Part shown: positions 1 to 11,339 of the stretch, one piece after another
How the letters are laid out: every line of letters begins with the position of its first letter
Numbering within the stretch: position 1 is the first letter of the stretch
Source: Glycera tridactyla
Taxonomy: Eukaryota
Direction of reading: 5' to 3'
Assembly: GCA_965644265.1 (NCBI GenBank)
Contig: OZ286459.1
Span: 97,402,001-97,466,000, forward strand
Length of the DNA stretch: 64,000 bases
Translations under genes and position numbers: made by a program
Notes under the pieces: model-generated
Seen by the model: only the letters and a program-made list of their open reading frames with translations
The model's database searches: none
Told to the model about the DNA's origin: nothing

Positions 1-745
1 TGGGATGTTTTTGGGCGAACACTCATGACGTAGCATTTACTTGCGTTAAACCGATTTCCCATGTTTGGGCCCACTTTTCTAAAGCTATCAGGTCATTTTG
101 CAGGACAAGATGGTCGTTTGGGGTATTGATGGTGCGATACAACGAACAGTCATCTGCAAAAAGCCTGACAGATGACTTCACAGACTCTGCCAGATCATCA
201 ATGTGGCATAAGAACATTATTGGACTTAGGACGGTGCCCTGTGGGACTCCAGAGTCCATGGTGACTGAATCAGAGTGTTCCCCGTCTACAACTACCGTCA
301 TGTGTCGTTTTGTAAGGAAAGATGTTAGCCATTGATGTAATGGGCCTTGGACAGCGTATTGATTTATTTTGTGTAATAATTTCGAGTGCGGCACCGTGTC
401 AAAGGCTTTGCTAAAATCTAATATTGTGATGTCAGTCTGTTTGCCTTTGTCATAAGATGTCAGCAGGTCATGCATAGTCACTAGTAGTTGAGTATCGCAT
501 GAGTAGCCTGAGCGAAAGCCATGATTCAATGATGTCAGAATGTTGTGGTTATCAAAATGGTCAAGTAGTTGCCTACAGATAATATGTTCAAGTAGCTATC
601 CTGTTACTGATGTCAATGAGACGGGCCTGTAATTTTTCGGGTAGTGCCTATTTCCTTTCTTGAACACACATTCCCATTCAACCAATCAGTGGGAAGTGTG
701 CCTGTGTTTATGGATTCCTGGAAGATTATCGTGAGAATACAGAAA
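1..745 (-). mobile_element. CR1/L2-type non-LTR retrotransposon, reverse transcriptase fragment (decayed, runs off the left edge)
   Basis: ORF 23-529 has RT motifs HGFRSGYSC, ILDFSKAFDTVPH, SGVPQGTVLSP and LFADD. Manual translation of 530-745 extends it upstream (ILTIIFQESINTGTLPTDW, FKKGNRHYPKNYRPVSLTS) through one frameshift and one stop. A further frameshift near 55 restores FNASKCYVMSV. Confidence 0.93.
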
Positions 746-1175
746 TACAACAGATATATACTCCCAACGTTTCACTGAACTCGTTCTCAGATCTTTGCAT
801 ACGTTATAGTATGCACGGATCTTCTTTTGCTACGTATGAAAACCACACCAAAAAGGAATGCGTATTCGCGTAAGACGATATCGGGCATTACATCGCAATT
901 AACCACAAAGCATGGACTGAAGTTTCGCAATTCAATCTGATATCTTTCCAGGAGATCTGGCGACATGGTATGACAATAACAGTGCTGTGAAAAATAAGAT
1001 AGGCAGTAGTATTGTAAGATGAGCAATAAGCAATAGCTCTCGTTGGACATCTCTCGTAACACTGCTTTCGATGGATCTATTAATTGCCTTATATGTAAAT
1101 TCACCTCTGTATGCTTGGATTGTGCATCCTCATGCTGTTCGAATTGTTTACGATGATTACATTGATGCCATTTGA

Positions 1176-2010
1176 ACAAAGGCCACGCATACCGATCAAT
1201 ACTTGCAGTTTGATTCCAACCAACCACTGCAACATAAACTCGGTGCTATCCGGACTCTCTACCACCGCTGCAACACAATCTGCACTGAGCCTGACTTGCG
1301 CCAACATGAGTTAGACCACCTCAAAAAGGTTCTATCCATCAGTGGTTATACCGACTCAGCGTGGGTTACTGCCACCACCCCACATCCAACACAAGTCCCA
1401 CGTGACCCGAATCTCACAAAGTCCAAAGGGAGCGTTTCTCTCCCTTATGTGGGCCATACAACAGATGCCCTGGCTCGCATCCTACGTAAAGAGGGCATCC
1501 AAGTTCACAGCAAACCACACAACACGATCCGGAGTATGTTATTCCATCTCAAGGACAAGGTCACCAACTTGGATAAGTGTGGAACTGTCTATCTCATAAA
1601 AAGCAATGATTCTGATGCGAAATATGTAGGGGAGACTGAGAGGTTACTACGGAAACAGATACAAGAACACAATCGCACATCTTCTCCAGTGGGAGAACAC
1701 CTACAACAACACCACCACTCCTTCTCGGAAGAATACATCTCTGTGCTACATCCAGAGATTAGATGGTTTCAGCGCGGAGTCGCCGAGGCCATATTCATCA
1801 ACCAAGAAGAGCCCACACTCAACCGAGACCGGGGCCGCCACCTTCTCCCACCACTATACCAGGAGCTGATTGTCAACAAAACATCACGTGACCCTCCCCA
1901 ACTACGGGATCACGTGACGACGCTTCCTTGCAGTCGCCATTAGCTAAGAGAAAGGGTAGCAGATGCATTCCCGAAAGCTTGCCAGACTTTCAAGAAATCG
2001 CAGTGTGTAT
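1176..2010 (+). mobile_element. Penelope-like element, 5'-truncated: RT thumb, GIY-YIG endonuclease and 3' pLTR-like tail
   Basis: The frame from 1179 reads KATHTDQYLQFDSNQPLQHKLGAIRTL, then SLPYV, then GTVYLIKSNDSDAKYVGETERLL..EH, then EAIFI..PTLNRDRG. The usual CxxC is changed to SNDS and the catalytic Arg region reads KQIQEH, so the copy is probably inactive. Confidence 0.92.
1944..2000 (+). ncRNA. Degenerate hammerhead-ribozyme-like motif in the Penelope 3' tail
   Basis: CTAAGAGA-AAGGGTAGCAGATGCATTCCC-GAAA-GCTTGCCAGACTTTC has a CUGANGA-like core (G to A, one extra base), a GGG/CCC stem II, GAAA and an imperfect stem III. It lies directly after the GIY-YIG stop codon. Confidence 0.35.
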
Positions 2011-3027
2011 ACGTTTTAATCTTCATCCATGAAAGAGCACCCTGCATACATATTTCTTCGGGCTGATGTATTTGGTTGTATTTTTTGATATGGGCCACGG
2101 TTTAGAGGAACATACAGGTTACATCCAATATTACCTGCACGCAAATGGGGATGATTGTGAGAGAAGATAAACCAGGTACTCACTGAGACCAGGCCTACTC
2201 CACAAATAAGGCCAATAAAACTCAGCCAAATGATCTTTCACCTTTTCTGTCCTAATATATTACTGATGGAATTCGATGAGGCAACAATGTTTCAAGGAAA
2301 ACCCTCAATTTGAGGATTGTTATAGTTAGAAACTATTTTGTCAGGGATTAACAAACAAACATGAACTGTGCTGATTCCTGTAAGGGAAACAATTACAGCC
2401 ATATTCATTTCACATACCTGTGATACTTTATTCATGGACGGGCGTAGTAGAATTGATAATCAAGCCTAGCCGCGTCCCGCATCCCTGGAGCGTAGTTTGC
2501 TACCTATTCTACAACATCCCCGTGTCCATAGTGCTAACATACCCAGCCGGACACCCAGACTGGAATCTTTGGACGCTACGCCTTGCTCACACCCATCATC
2601 TTCAAAAGTTGAAGCTGAATCGCTCGACACTTTCACAGGTCTATCTTTTCGCCATCTGCATGGGAATGTTGTATAACATGTATCAAACTATGCCCGCGGG
2701 TGGGGGCTAGCTTTAATTCTTAACCGAACCAGACCAGAGTATAGAAGTTGAGGGAGAAATCCTTGTGTATTTGGCGGTGCTTCACATTGATGTGATGGGG
2801 GATGCGTTCCCTGTCCTCTTGCCTATTAGAGACATTATTAGGATTTGTTGGTGTTGTCAAGTTGAGCTGACGAATAGCTATGGCTGTCTTCGTCACCTGC
2901 GCCGCGCATCTACTCATGGTGGGATATGCTCAGCATATGAAAGGTGCATCCTATAGGGTAAAAACCTTCGGATTGGAGACTCAAGCGAAACTATGGCGAG
3001 TGAGGGAGTTGTTGAGCCAGTCAATGT

Positions 3028-3542
3028 ATGAGTGAGTGAGTGGGTGAGTAAGTGAGTGAGTGAGTGAATGTAGGAGTGAGTGAAGAAGTGAGTGGATTGG
3101 TGGGAGGAAGATAAGAAGTGAATTGAGAAGTTGGTGTGTTTGAGAGTGAGCTAATCAATGAACGGGTACTCCAGAGTGATTGCAGGTGGAAGTGATCGCT
3201 TGAACAGGTGAGTGAGTGAATGAGTGAGTGAGTGAGTGAGTGGGTGAGTGAGCGGGTTTGTGTGCAAGAGAGACAGCGCATGTGAATGAGTGTACGAGCA
3301 TTCGAGTAATGCACGTGAGGGGAGGGCAATTGGCAGTGGGAGCGAGGGGTTGAGTAAGTGAAAGGTGGAGCTGGGTCCGCGAGTAAGTGAGTGAGTGAGT
3401 GAGTGACTAGGTGATTTAATGAGTGAGTGAGTGAGTGAGTATATGAATGAGTGAGTGAGTAGATTAGTGGGTGAGTGAGTGAGTTAGCGGGTGTGTGAGT
3501 GACTGAATGAGTGAGTGAGTTAGTGGGTGTGAATGAGTGAGT
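3028..3542. repeat. Degenerate (GAGT)n microsatellite tract
   Basis: Interrupted GAGT/GAAT/GGGT runs; these explain the THSL-rich ORF 3021-3329. Confidence 0.95.
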
Positions 3543-4363
3543 TGTCGAGAGATGACTAGTGTCTTGTAGCAGTTGTGGCTAATTCAGTCAATAGAACACT
3601 CGGTTATTATCGCTTCATTGTGCTCCGGATTAGACCTGCTTGCTTCAATATTTGCTCGTTATGGCCCCGAATGAATGGCATCGTAACCAGGACAATCAAC
3701 ATCCCGAGCCCGCGCTGATTATGGCCATCTTCGCCGAATGATGCGAATTTATTCTATTGAAGAGCGCTTGTGATTCTGACACGGGGGCCAATAATCCTAC
3801 TCGACGCCGTTAACTCTTCCCCGCCAACTCTTCTCATGAATATCACCATTGATTGGGAGGGAAATATGTTATTATAATGTAATATTCTGGTGACGTATTC
3901 CACCCACTAATATCACTTGATATTTATCCGCCCGAATCTGTTACGTGCAAAACATGAGTGATGACCATTGTAATTGATTATTGCGGAGGATACTATGAAA
4001 TAAAATAGATATTGGAGCAGCTTCGAGAATCCTACCTGTTGATAAGTACCTTGCATCTCCCACGTCCATGTAATATGATGATATGAATATCTTATTTTCT
4101 CATTTCCTTCTCCTACAGGGGGTAATTTTTGTAATATGTTTCATTACTGTAAAGTATGCTCGAAGTGGACAATTCATGGGTGAACAATTTGTTAATTATT
4201 CTTCAAACCGAATGCATTACCTTGTGTCAGCTTTTGTGCATTGTATGAAATGGAAGGATTGCCTAAAACCTCGGGCCTTGGCATCTAGCTAGTTACAAGG
4301 TTAAACGTGCCTTCATTGGCCTTATCAAGTTTATGATAAGCGCGTCGAAGTGCGTCTGAAAAG

Positions 4364-4505
4364 TCAGCTACTTCCATTTGGCATAGTTTCTGGTTCCAAT
4401 CATTTCGTGTTCAGGGTTTGTCAAGGTGACGCACGCCTGAGACAGATCATTTACCTTACATATGCAAGAGACACATGGCATACATGATTCTTTAGGTTGA
4501 CACAC
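4364..4505 (+). mobile_element. Dispersed SINE-like repeat, copy A
   Basis: TCAGCTACTTCCA..TCTGGTTCC..TCAT..GTTCAGGGTTTGT (4409-4421)..ACACATGGCATACAT..GGTTGA matches the reverse complement of 16366-16545. Confidence 0.65.
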
Positions 4506-4507
4506 AG

Positions 4508-4626
4508 CATTATAGCAAGACTATATGGCCGTGAAGTAAAAACGCAGTACCAAACATCTGGAGAAATTCACACCAAGTTTGGTATTGTGTTTTTAACTCA
4601 CGGTCATATAGTCTTGCTTTTATTAC
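4508..4626. mobile_element. Near-palindromic foldback/MITE-like element
   Basis: 42-bp inverted arms at 4514-4555 and 4577-4618 with 5 mismatches and a 21-nt spacer. Confidence 0.7.
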
Positions 4627-5109
4627 ATGGGTTAGTGGAGAAGTTGTCAAAAAGTAGTTCCGACCCAGCAGTGAAGTAACATACGCAATACTCAACACCT
4701 GATACTTCACTGCGAATGGCACATCCATGTGATAATGGATGTCAATCGATCAACAAATCTCCTCCATCATATGCTATGGTCTTGCATTGGACGCAGGAGG
4801 CGTTCCATCAAAATGACAATGCCAACGTACGCAGTCTGATGCATGTGCTGATTGGAATTCTACTATTCTACTGTTGACATACTCCAGTCATACGTAGTTG
4901 ATCCTCCCATGCACTCCAGCGGCGTTCGTATCCCGATTTTTATTGTGTAAATTAGATTCAGTCATTTCCACTCTTTCATTGTTAAACACCTGATTTTATC
5001 ACATTTTAGGCTAACGCAATGCTGTTTGACAACTCCCAAAAAGCTCGGAAGGTCATATATCTTATATGGATGGAAGTCCCTGACCTACCTTCAACACCGG
5101 GTTGTGCTC

Positions 5110-5250
5110 GTGTAAACGTGCCAGCTTCCAGTTGGTACATATCACAAAGGGTGCGTCAGTTCTGCTGACATCCTCTCTGGTCCCCATCATCGTTTGTTCA
5201 GGGTTTGTGAGAAATGTCTGCGGAGGACGAAGCAAGATCAGCAGATGGAT
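5110..5250 (+). mobile_element. Dispersed SINE-like repeat, copy B
   Basis: CTCTCTGGTCCCCATCAT..GTTCAGGGTTTGT (5196-5208)..TGTCTGCGGAGG is shared with copies A, C, D and E. Confidence 0.6.
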
Positions 5251-6399
5251 GGTGCTGGGATCAACTTAAGATCAGCATTTCTTCTTGTCTTTAGCCCTGC
5301 TCTAAAAAAAGCGATTGAAATTTCGGGCTCATGAGAAATTATTATTGGCCTACTGTGTGCGGGCTCATCTTTTTTTTCAAATACGCACCCCAACGCAATA
5401 CATTGCAGTATTTTTTTCTCACCGTGAAGAGGTATCTATGTCTTTTAAACAGCATTTGGTCAGCAGTGTGTTAACAGACCTCATCAGCGTTGCACTAATG
5501 CTTACCTATTCCAATTTTATTTATTGCAGCGAGAGTGGAACGAGGGTCCCAACTGTATCGTAGTTCGCAGTATTTGTATGTGTTGTATAACACCCCCCTT
5601 CGAAATGAAGTTTGGGATCTTTTCGCTGGAATACTGATTCTTTGTTTCCCCTTGACTTTCTCCCTTGACATTTGCCCTTGGCAAGTATCGAGTGGGGTGG
5701 TGCACCACGATGATAAAAGGTTGATTGGTTGTTGCAGTATTTGTTCTGCGCAATATAACATCTATCAGAGCATCATCATCAACTTTGATTTTATGTCCCG
5801 TGAGTACTATCTGGGATATATTGATCCTACCCACGTCCAGTCAAGACTTCTTCTGGGTCCTGAAACCGAAGTGAAAATACATCAAATGTGGTATACTATG
5901 TATATTTATAATTGGTAATACTCGTAATAGAGTTGAGTTTCGTCTACCTGGAAATGCATCCATTGTTTGAGTGATCTTACTATCAATGACGAAATTAAAT
6001 GAAGAAATATAAATACATATACCAGATATACGAACGACAAACTGAATGACTATGGTGGGACTATGTTAATGAAAAAATACGTTTGAGTAGATATAAACAT
6101 ATTGTGATGAAGATGGTGGCGACGACGACGACGACGACGACGAAAGCGGCAAGGCAGCTGAAGATATGTGCTGACGTGATGTTAGCGGTTATTTTTACGG
6201 CGAAGCAAGTGAAGATATATAGCTGTTAATTAGGGACTCGTTACGCCGACCACACGCCAACACTCAACATATATATGGCTTTCATTATGACCCTAACCAC
6301 CAACTTGCCCTTCAAAGGCACTTTTTATGCAAAAGTCAAGTTTTGGTTCATCAACCCTGATTCAGTGCTCGTATGCGTTTCCCACATGTGTGTATAGAC

Positions 6400-6600
6400 T
6401 GGTCGTTCATGTTCGTTGGAACTTGCCTGCCTCCAGCCAGTTACGTATGAGAATAGGTGAGTCCGGTCTGACGACCTCTCTGGTTCCCATCACCTGTTGT
6501 TTGAGGTTCGTCCGAATGAGGCCTGCGGAGGTCAAAGCATCCAGCTCTCATAGATCAGGAACTTTTGACATACTAAATCTTATTTGAGATGATAAATTAA
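6400..6600 (+). mobile_element. Dispersed SINE-like repeat, copy C
   Basis: CCTCTCTGGTTCCCATCA..CTGCGGAGG..GCATCCAGCT..GATCAGGAAC aligns with copies B, D, E and 24295-24400. Confidence 0.55.
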
Positions 6601-6886
6601 CTCGAACAGATCAATCAATCCATCATATTGACACGTGCTAGTTTCGCATGAGTCTCTATTTTCGTGCTTGAGACAAGCGTGGGGATGACAGCGAAAGCAT
6701 ACTACCAGAAGATCGGCGTCATCCTCACAAGGTGTATCAACAACGGGGAAACGCATCTCATGTAGGAATGGCATGGGTTCTTTAGTTCATATCGTGACCA
6801 ATTTGTCTATGAATATTGATATGTACGCTGACATGCAACAATATGTCCTACAGGAATCTTGTGTTTCTCCTCGAGTTTTTGTTTAA

Positions 6887-7763
6887 GGATGAATGAGGCA
6901 GTTTTTTTAAGATTTGCCTTGAAATTGCATATGATTATTTCTAGTGAGGTATAGATCAGATTTCCTGAAAAAAAGTTGGGGTCACCAGGCTCGTTCTTCA
7001 GCTGTAGCTATTTATATAATTGTCGAAATATTGAGATGATGCAAAAAATGCCAAGATACAGTTTCATCAGGAAATATTACATAAACACTATATTCGAATG
7101 AATCAAACCTCTTATTTATTTTGTCTTGTATCCTAATGCAACATGAATTGGGGAACTCACATGGAGAAAATGTTTTTCACGATAAAAAAGACCCAATAAT
7201 CCACAGAAGCCAATGAAAAAAATCACTGGAATATCACAAATTACGATACAGACCATACAGGAATATTTGCTGTATTCAATTTTCTTCATTCATTTTGTAG
7301 TTCATCACTGGACTATCAAAATAAGTGAAAAAAAAATTGCATGTCACTAGATTAGTTTTTTCGCTAGCCAGTGTCATTTTATTGAATTTCGCCAAAGATA
7401 ATGAAAATTGGCAGAAATATAAAGAAAATCAACGTAGCCATCCCAAAATTGAGAGGTGTCTTGCCAGACCTGAGGAAATCCTACCCACTAAATTTCACCT
7501 CAAAGCAACTCAGACTTTTTGACTTATCATCCGGAAACCATCATTCACCCGACCATCTACTGAAGCACACAGCCACCAACCCACACCAGGGTCAATTTTG
7601 GAAAAAAAATCCCGTTTGGTGTTCACACATGTTTGGGCATGAAGATAATGCAGTATTTGTTTGAAGGACAGTGATAGAGGTATCTAGAAAGGTGGGCAAG
7701 TGACCTACTAGTGTTATGCCATAGGTGCCAGTCAGGAAACCAGAAAAACTCCCTGTTACATCC
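6887..7763. mobile_element. Kolobok-like non-autonomous DNA transposon
   Basis: TTAA on both sides (6883-6886 and 7764-7767). Ends are GGATG...CATCC, with an imperfect 12-bp TIR (9/12 match). The interior is AT-rich and non-coding. RR..YY ends with a TTAA TSD fit Kolobok rather than piggyBac. Confidence 0.6.
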
Positions 7764-9135
7764 TTAATTCACATATCATGTGATACGAACCTCATTCCCA
7801 CCGACAGGAAGAGCATCTCTGATTATTTCCCGATTGTTTGATTGATTGATTGATTGGTCGAACGTATCACATTCCGTGGGAAGCAAATCACTTTTCCATA
7901 TTCTCTGATTATTCCTCGATTGATTGATTGATTGATCGAACGATCGGTTGATTTGAATTGAACGACATGTATCATAAATGGCATCATTCAAACCTGGTTC
8001 TATGCGTCCGTGATCCATGGAAATTCGATGCCTTGTCGCCTGCAGGCATCACTGTTACAAACACTGAACGCAAGCTGATAGTGTACCAGAGATGTTGTCA
8101 AATGGAAGTAGTTGACAGTTCAGACATACCTCCCTACGCTCATAAATTGGAAACATATGTACACTTGCATTATAATACATACGTTTTTAGGGGTGAGTTT
8201 GAATAAAGTTGATTCATCTATATCTTTATTATTATCCTTAACTATGTTACTCTGCATTATGACATTCAAACTAGATGCCAATGCTTCGGGAGGAAATGCA
8301 GTAATTGATAAAAGAATATTTGTTTGTTTGTGTGACTGTATTGTCTGTCCTAAGCCCAGTAACGCTGTCAGAACCAGGAGGTTCTGACCTACCTAGTGAT
8401 GCTATACTTGGGTGAGAGGTCTAATCTTGGCAATACATCTGGTTCAGGAGATGAATGCTGAAGTGAGCGCGGCCGATTCCACTCTGGATGACAGTCGATC
8501 AGTGATGTCTTCTTATCTGGAGGCAGTTATCTGATGCCAGCAGAAAACATCGATTCCTATCTTCAAGTATTTATACGTAACGCCAGGGATTGATCCATTG
8601 GCCATGCCTGTGAGCATTCACACCTGTCTTCTGTTATATCACCCCATCACCATAGCTGCGCTTCACCAGAGATGCCTCATTCTGTGGGTGCGCGCGCGCG
8701 TGTGTGTGTGTGTGTCATAACTGAAACTTTGACCCTATCTTGGAGTGCTAAGGGGACGAAAAAGATGTCACAAAGAAATGTAGCATTCGATCTTTTGTGG
8801 GTATAGATACTATTCCGGAATAAATAGACAAATATGGGGAAACCACAATCACTTGTAAGACTAAACATGAATTTCAGAAAGGTGCACTCGAGTTTGATGG
8901 GAACTCGCAGAAAAAAATGAGTGAGTGCGAAAGGTCACACATAGCTTTTCCCGAATGTCAGGCACAGGAGAAGAGAAGGAGAGAGATCAAGAAGAGGGTG
9001 ACGAAGTTTGTGGCTGCTTTTCAGGCATTCTGTCAGGAATCCGCCAGTATTCGAGGCACAACAGCATTTTGTGCAGCCTTCTGTTACCTCATAATTAATC
9101 ATTATCTCTTAGTCGTTATAGAAATATGGTAGTAG

Positions 9136-10049
9136 CATAGATGGTAGCATAGATGGTCCACTCCGACAAAATGTGTAACACGCCAAATCTGGCTCCGCGT
9201 GCTAACTCTGGTGTATGCAATGCAAACTCTATTGAGGAGAGTACATTTTCAGAGACATTTAATTCATCTTCTCCTCAATATATTTGAATGAACAAACATT
9301 CTCCATCAGAATGAGATTCTAAAGATTGAAATACTAAATCCAATTCCATGATAGTCCCAATACAAATTGTCAAAATATGCATTTAAAAACAACAAACTTC
9401 AGAAATTTTGGAGAAAATGGGCACTGTTCATGACAAGGACATAAATCCATTAGCAATGACAGCAGGAGGTTCAGATCACCAGGTGGTCTTCATCAAGCCT
9501 TGGTGGCACGGAGCTCGGCCAGTTGAACAACCCCCTCCGCATCACATTGAGACACAAGCAACTGAAATGACAGCCAACAATCTTATGAATTTCATAAATT
9601 GATGTGGCTGGTAGAGAGTCAGCAGCTGTGAACAGGGCCATAAAGTCATCAACTGGCCATCTTCAGGGAGTCTCCATCCCAAAATGTTCTGCTTCATCAA
9701 GATCAGAGGAATCACACACCATGCTGATAAGATGCAGCCCCTCCTCACATACCCTTCAACATTTTGTGTAACAAACATCATCTCAAAATCTTCCAAATTT
9801 TGTATAGAATCCAGCAATTTTTTTTTCTTCTATCCAGTGGATAACAAGAGAAACATATTTTCTGACAACTACCTGGGTTGTTTTCTCAGCTGACAGCAGC
9901 ACAGAATTGTCTATCTGGCTTTATGTCCCTCATCATGCACCTCTCCTGTACAAAGTCAATGGGGCTCCTGGCGTGCTAGCACGCGGAGCTCTCTCTGAGG
10001 GTGTACTATGGGAAGTATAGGGAGTGGACCATCTATGCTACCATCTATG
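9136..10049 (-). mobile_element. P-superfamily-like DNA transposon, internally deleted (914 bp)
   Basis: Perfect 29-bp TIR CATAGATGGTAGCATAGATGGTCCACTCC (9136-9164 and 10021-10049). 7-bp TSD GTAGTAG (9129-9135 and 10050-10056). 13-bp subterminal inverted repeat GCTCCGCGTGCTA (9192-9204 and 9977-9989). DNA-transposon status is firm; the P assignment is inferred. Confidence 0.8.
9790..9936 (-). pseudogene. THAP-zinc-finger-like relic inside the P-like element
   Basis: MMRDIKPDRQFCAAVS*ENNPGSCQKICFSCYPLDRRKKNCWI shows C-x4-(C to stop), a CFSCYP stretch resembling the F-x-x-F-P motif, and W nine residues after P. The terminal C-x2-H is not cleanly recoverable. Confidence 0.4.
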
Positions 10050-10204
10050 GTAGTAGCCTTCAGGCTACTCCAGTCAAATGCTCAGCGTGACTGCGCAGGG
10101 CCTTCTCTCTCTGACTATGTTGAGCCCGACAAGCTTTTTGCAGCTTGCGGACAGCATGTCACTTATCATCATCATCATTGTGAGCCCATGTGATGGACGT
10201 GTGT

Positions 10205-10335
10205 CTAAACTGACAGCTACTACAATGCAAGATTTCTTGATCCTCGTCATCTTATGTTCAGGGTTTGTGGGAGTTATGACTGTTGGAAATACAGCATCCA
10301 GCTATGATCGATCTGATACACATGACATTTATGAA
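10205..10335 (+). mobile_element. Dispersed SINE-like repeat, copy D
   Basis: CAGCTAC..TCATCTTATGTTCAGGGTTTGT (10256-10268)..GCATCCAGCT..ACACATGACAT. Confidence 0.55.
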
Positions 10336-11339
10336 CCTTTAGGCTCACTAAATGGAGTATACAGACGCTACATTTGTATCAACGGTTGCATTTACATTCA
10401 TCTATGAATAATAAAGCTTGTCTCGAAGAAGACAAGAAACGACTTCAAGTTTAGGAAGTCAACATATCAGGATATCTTGCACGCAGTCACTGGAATGCGG
10501 AATTCACCAGACAAACCCAAAATATAGATGAAGGTACCCATTGCAGACAATTACCCAGATTGGACTTTCGAAAACAGCTCACCTCGGTTACGGAATTCTG
10601 GTGCTTCATATTCACTGTCTGCCTACGAGAATGGGATAGTGAGTCCATAAAAACCATGTTTCTTCTTCAAAATGATACCTAGTGTAAAGAAATCAGCTTT
10701 GTTAGATTAGTCTTGTGATGGGGATTTCGTGGTTGGCTCATAGTCAATTGTTGTAGCACCATTGCCATCCAGAAACATTGTTTTCAGATCGCAGACAGGC
10801 GCTCATGAAATCAGTGACTCACCTTAGTGAAGTTTGGCTCAGGCCTATTTCCACATCATGAGCTCAACACTATAGGTAGTTCAGCAATGTCATTGTTCTA
10901 TGTCGAAAACGGGCAAGCCTACTGTGAGATTGGATATGTCGACGGCCCATTTGATGGGCTGTACTCGAGATGCTTAGGGCAATATTGACACGTATTGACT
11001 AGGCAGGGTATGGCTGTGATTCCTTTACATACATATACCTAGACTTATTCACACAGAGCTGTGTCAACAGTATGCCTACTAATTAGTTGACATAGCATGA
11101 TGTAGATACGTGGGCTTCAGCCTGCACCAAATGCATAACAACAGCACCTATACCTTCGGCAAAACACAACACCATCTATCTTGTGTACATTGACTCATCT
11201 AATACAAATTTTGGCCAGCCTATATCTCCTTCATCCAGTCGCTCATTAGTAGCACCTACATCATTTTAACATGCATACATGAATGCATTCGAGAAATCTT
11301 TCCCTCTTACCCAAGCACCTCGACTCCACTCATGAGAGA

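Noticed and set aside
2184-2380. Minus-strand exon between a good acceptor and a GTGAGT donor, including KIIWLSFIGLICGVGLVS
   Set aside because: All three frames contain stops between the splice sites.
3021-3329. Repeat-rich ORFs (THSL here; also PTYL at 12511, poly-S/I at 18226, RQTD at 30582, VC at 46552)
   Set aside because: They are translations of microsatellites.
5160-5282. Nested hairpins (CTGCTGA..TCAGCAG; TGCTGGGATC..GATCAGCA) considered as an HDV-like ribozyme or H/ACA snoRNA
   Set aside because: No double-pseudoknot core or H/ACA boxes could be placed. The region is a copy of the dispersed SINE-like family, and the outer stem is not kept in the other copies.
8448-8534. Possible terminal exon EMNAEVSAADSTLDDSRSVMSSYLEAVI*
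   Set aside because: It is too short, and no upstream exon could be linked with confidence.
8917-9132. ORF with KKRVTKFVAAFQAFCQES, resembling a GPCR TM6 start or a DEG/ENaC N-terminus
   Set aside because: The key residues (CWxP; HG) are absent and another frame looks equally protein-like, so it cannot be supported.
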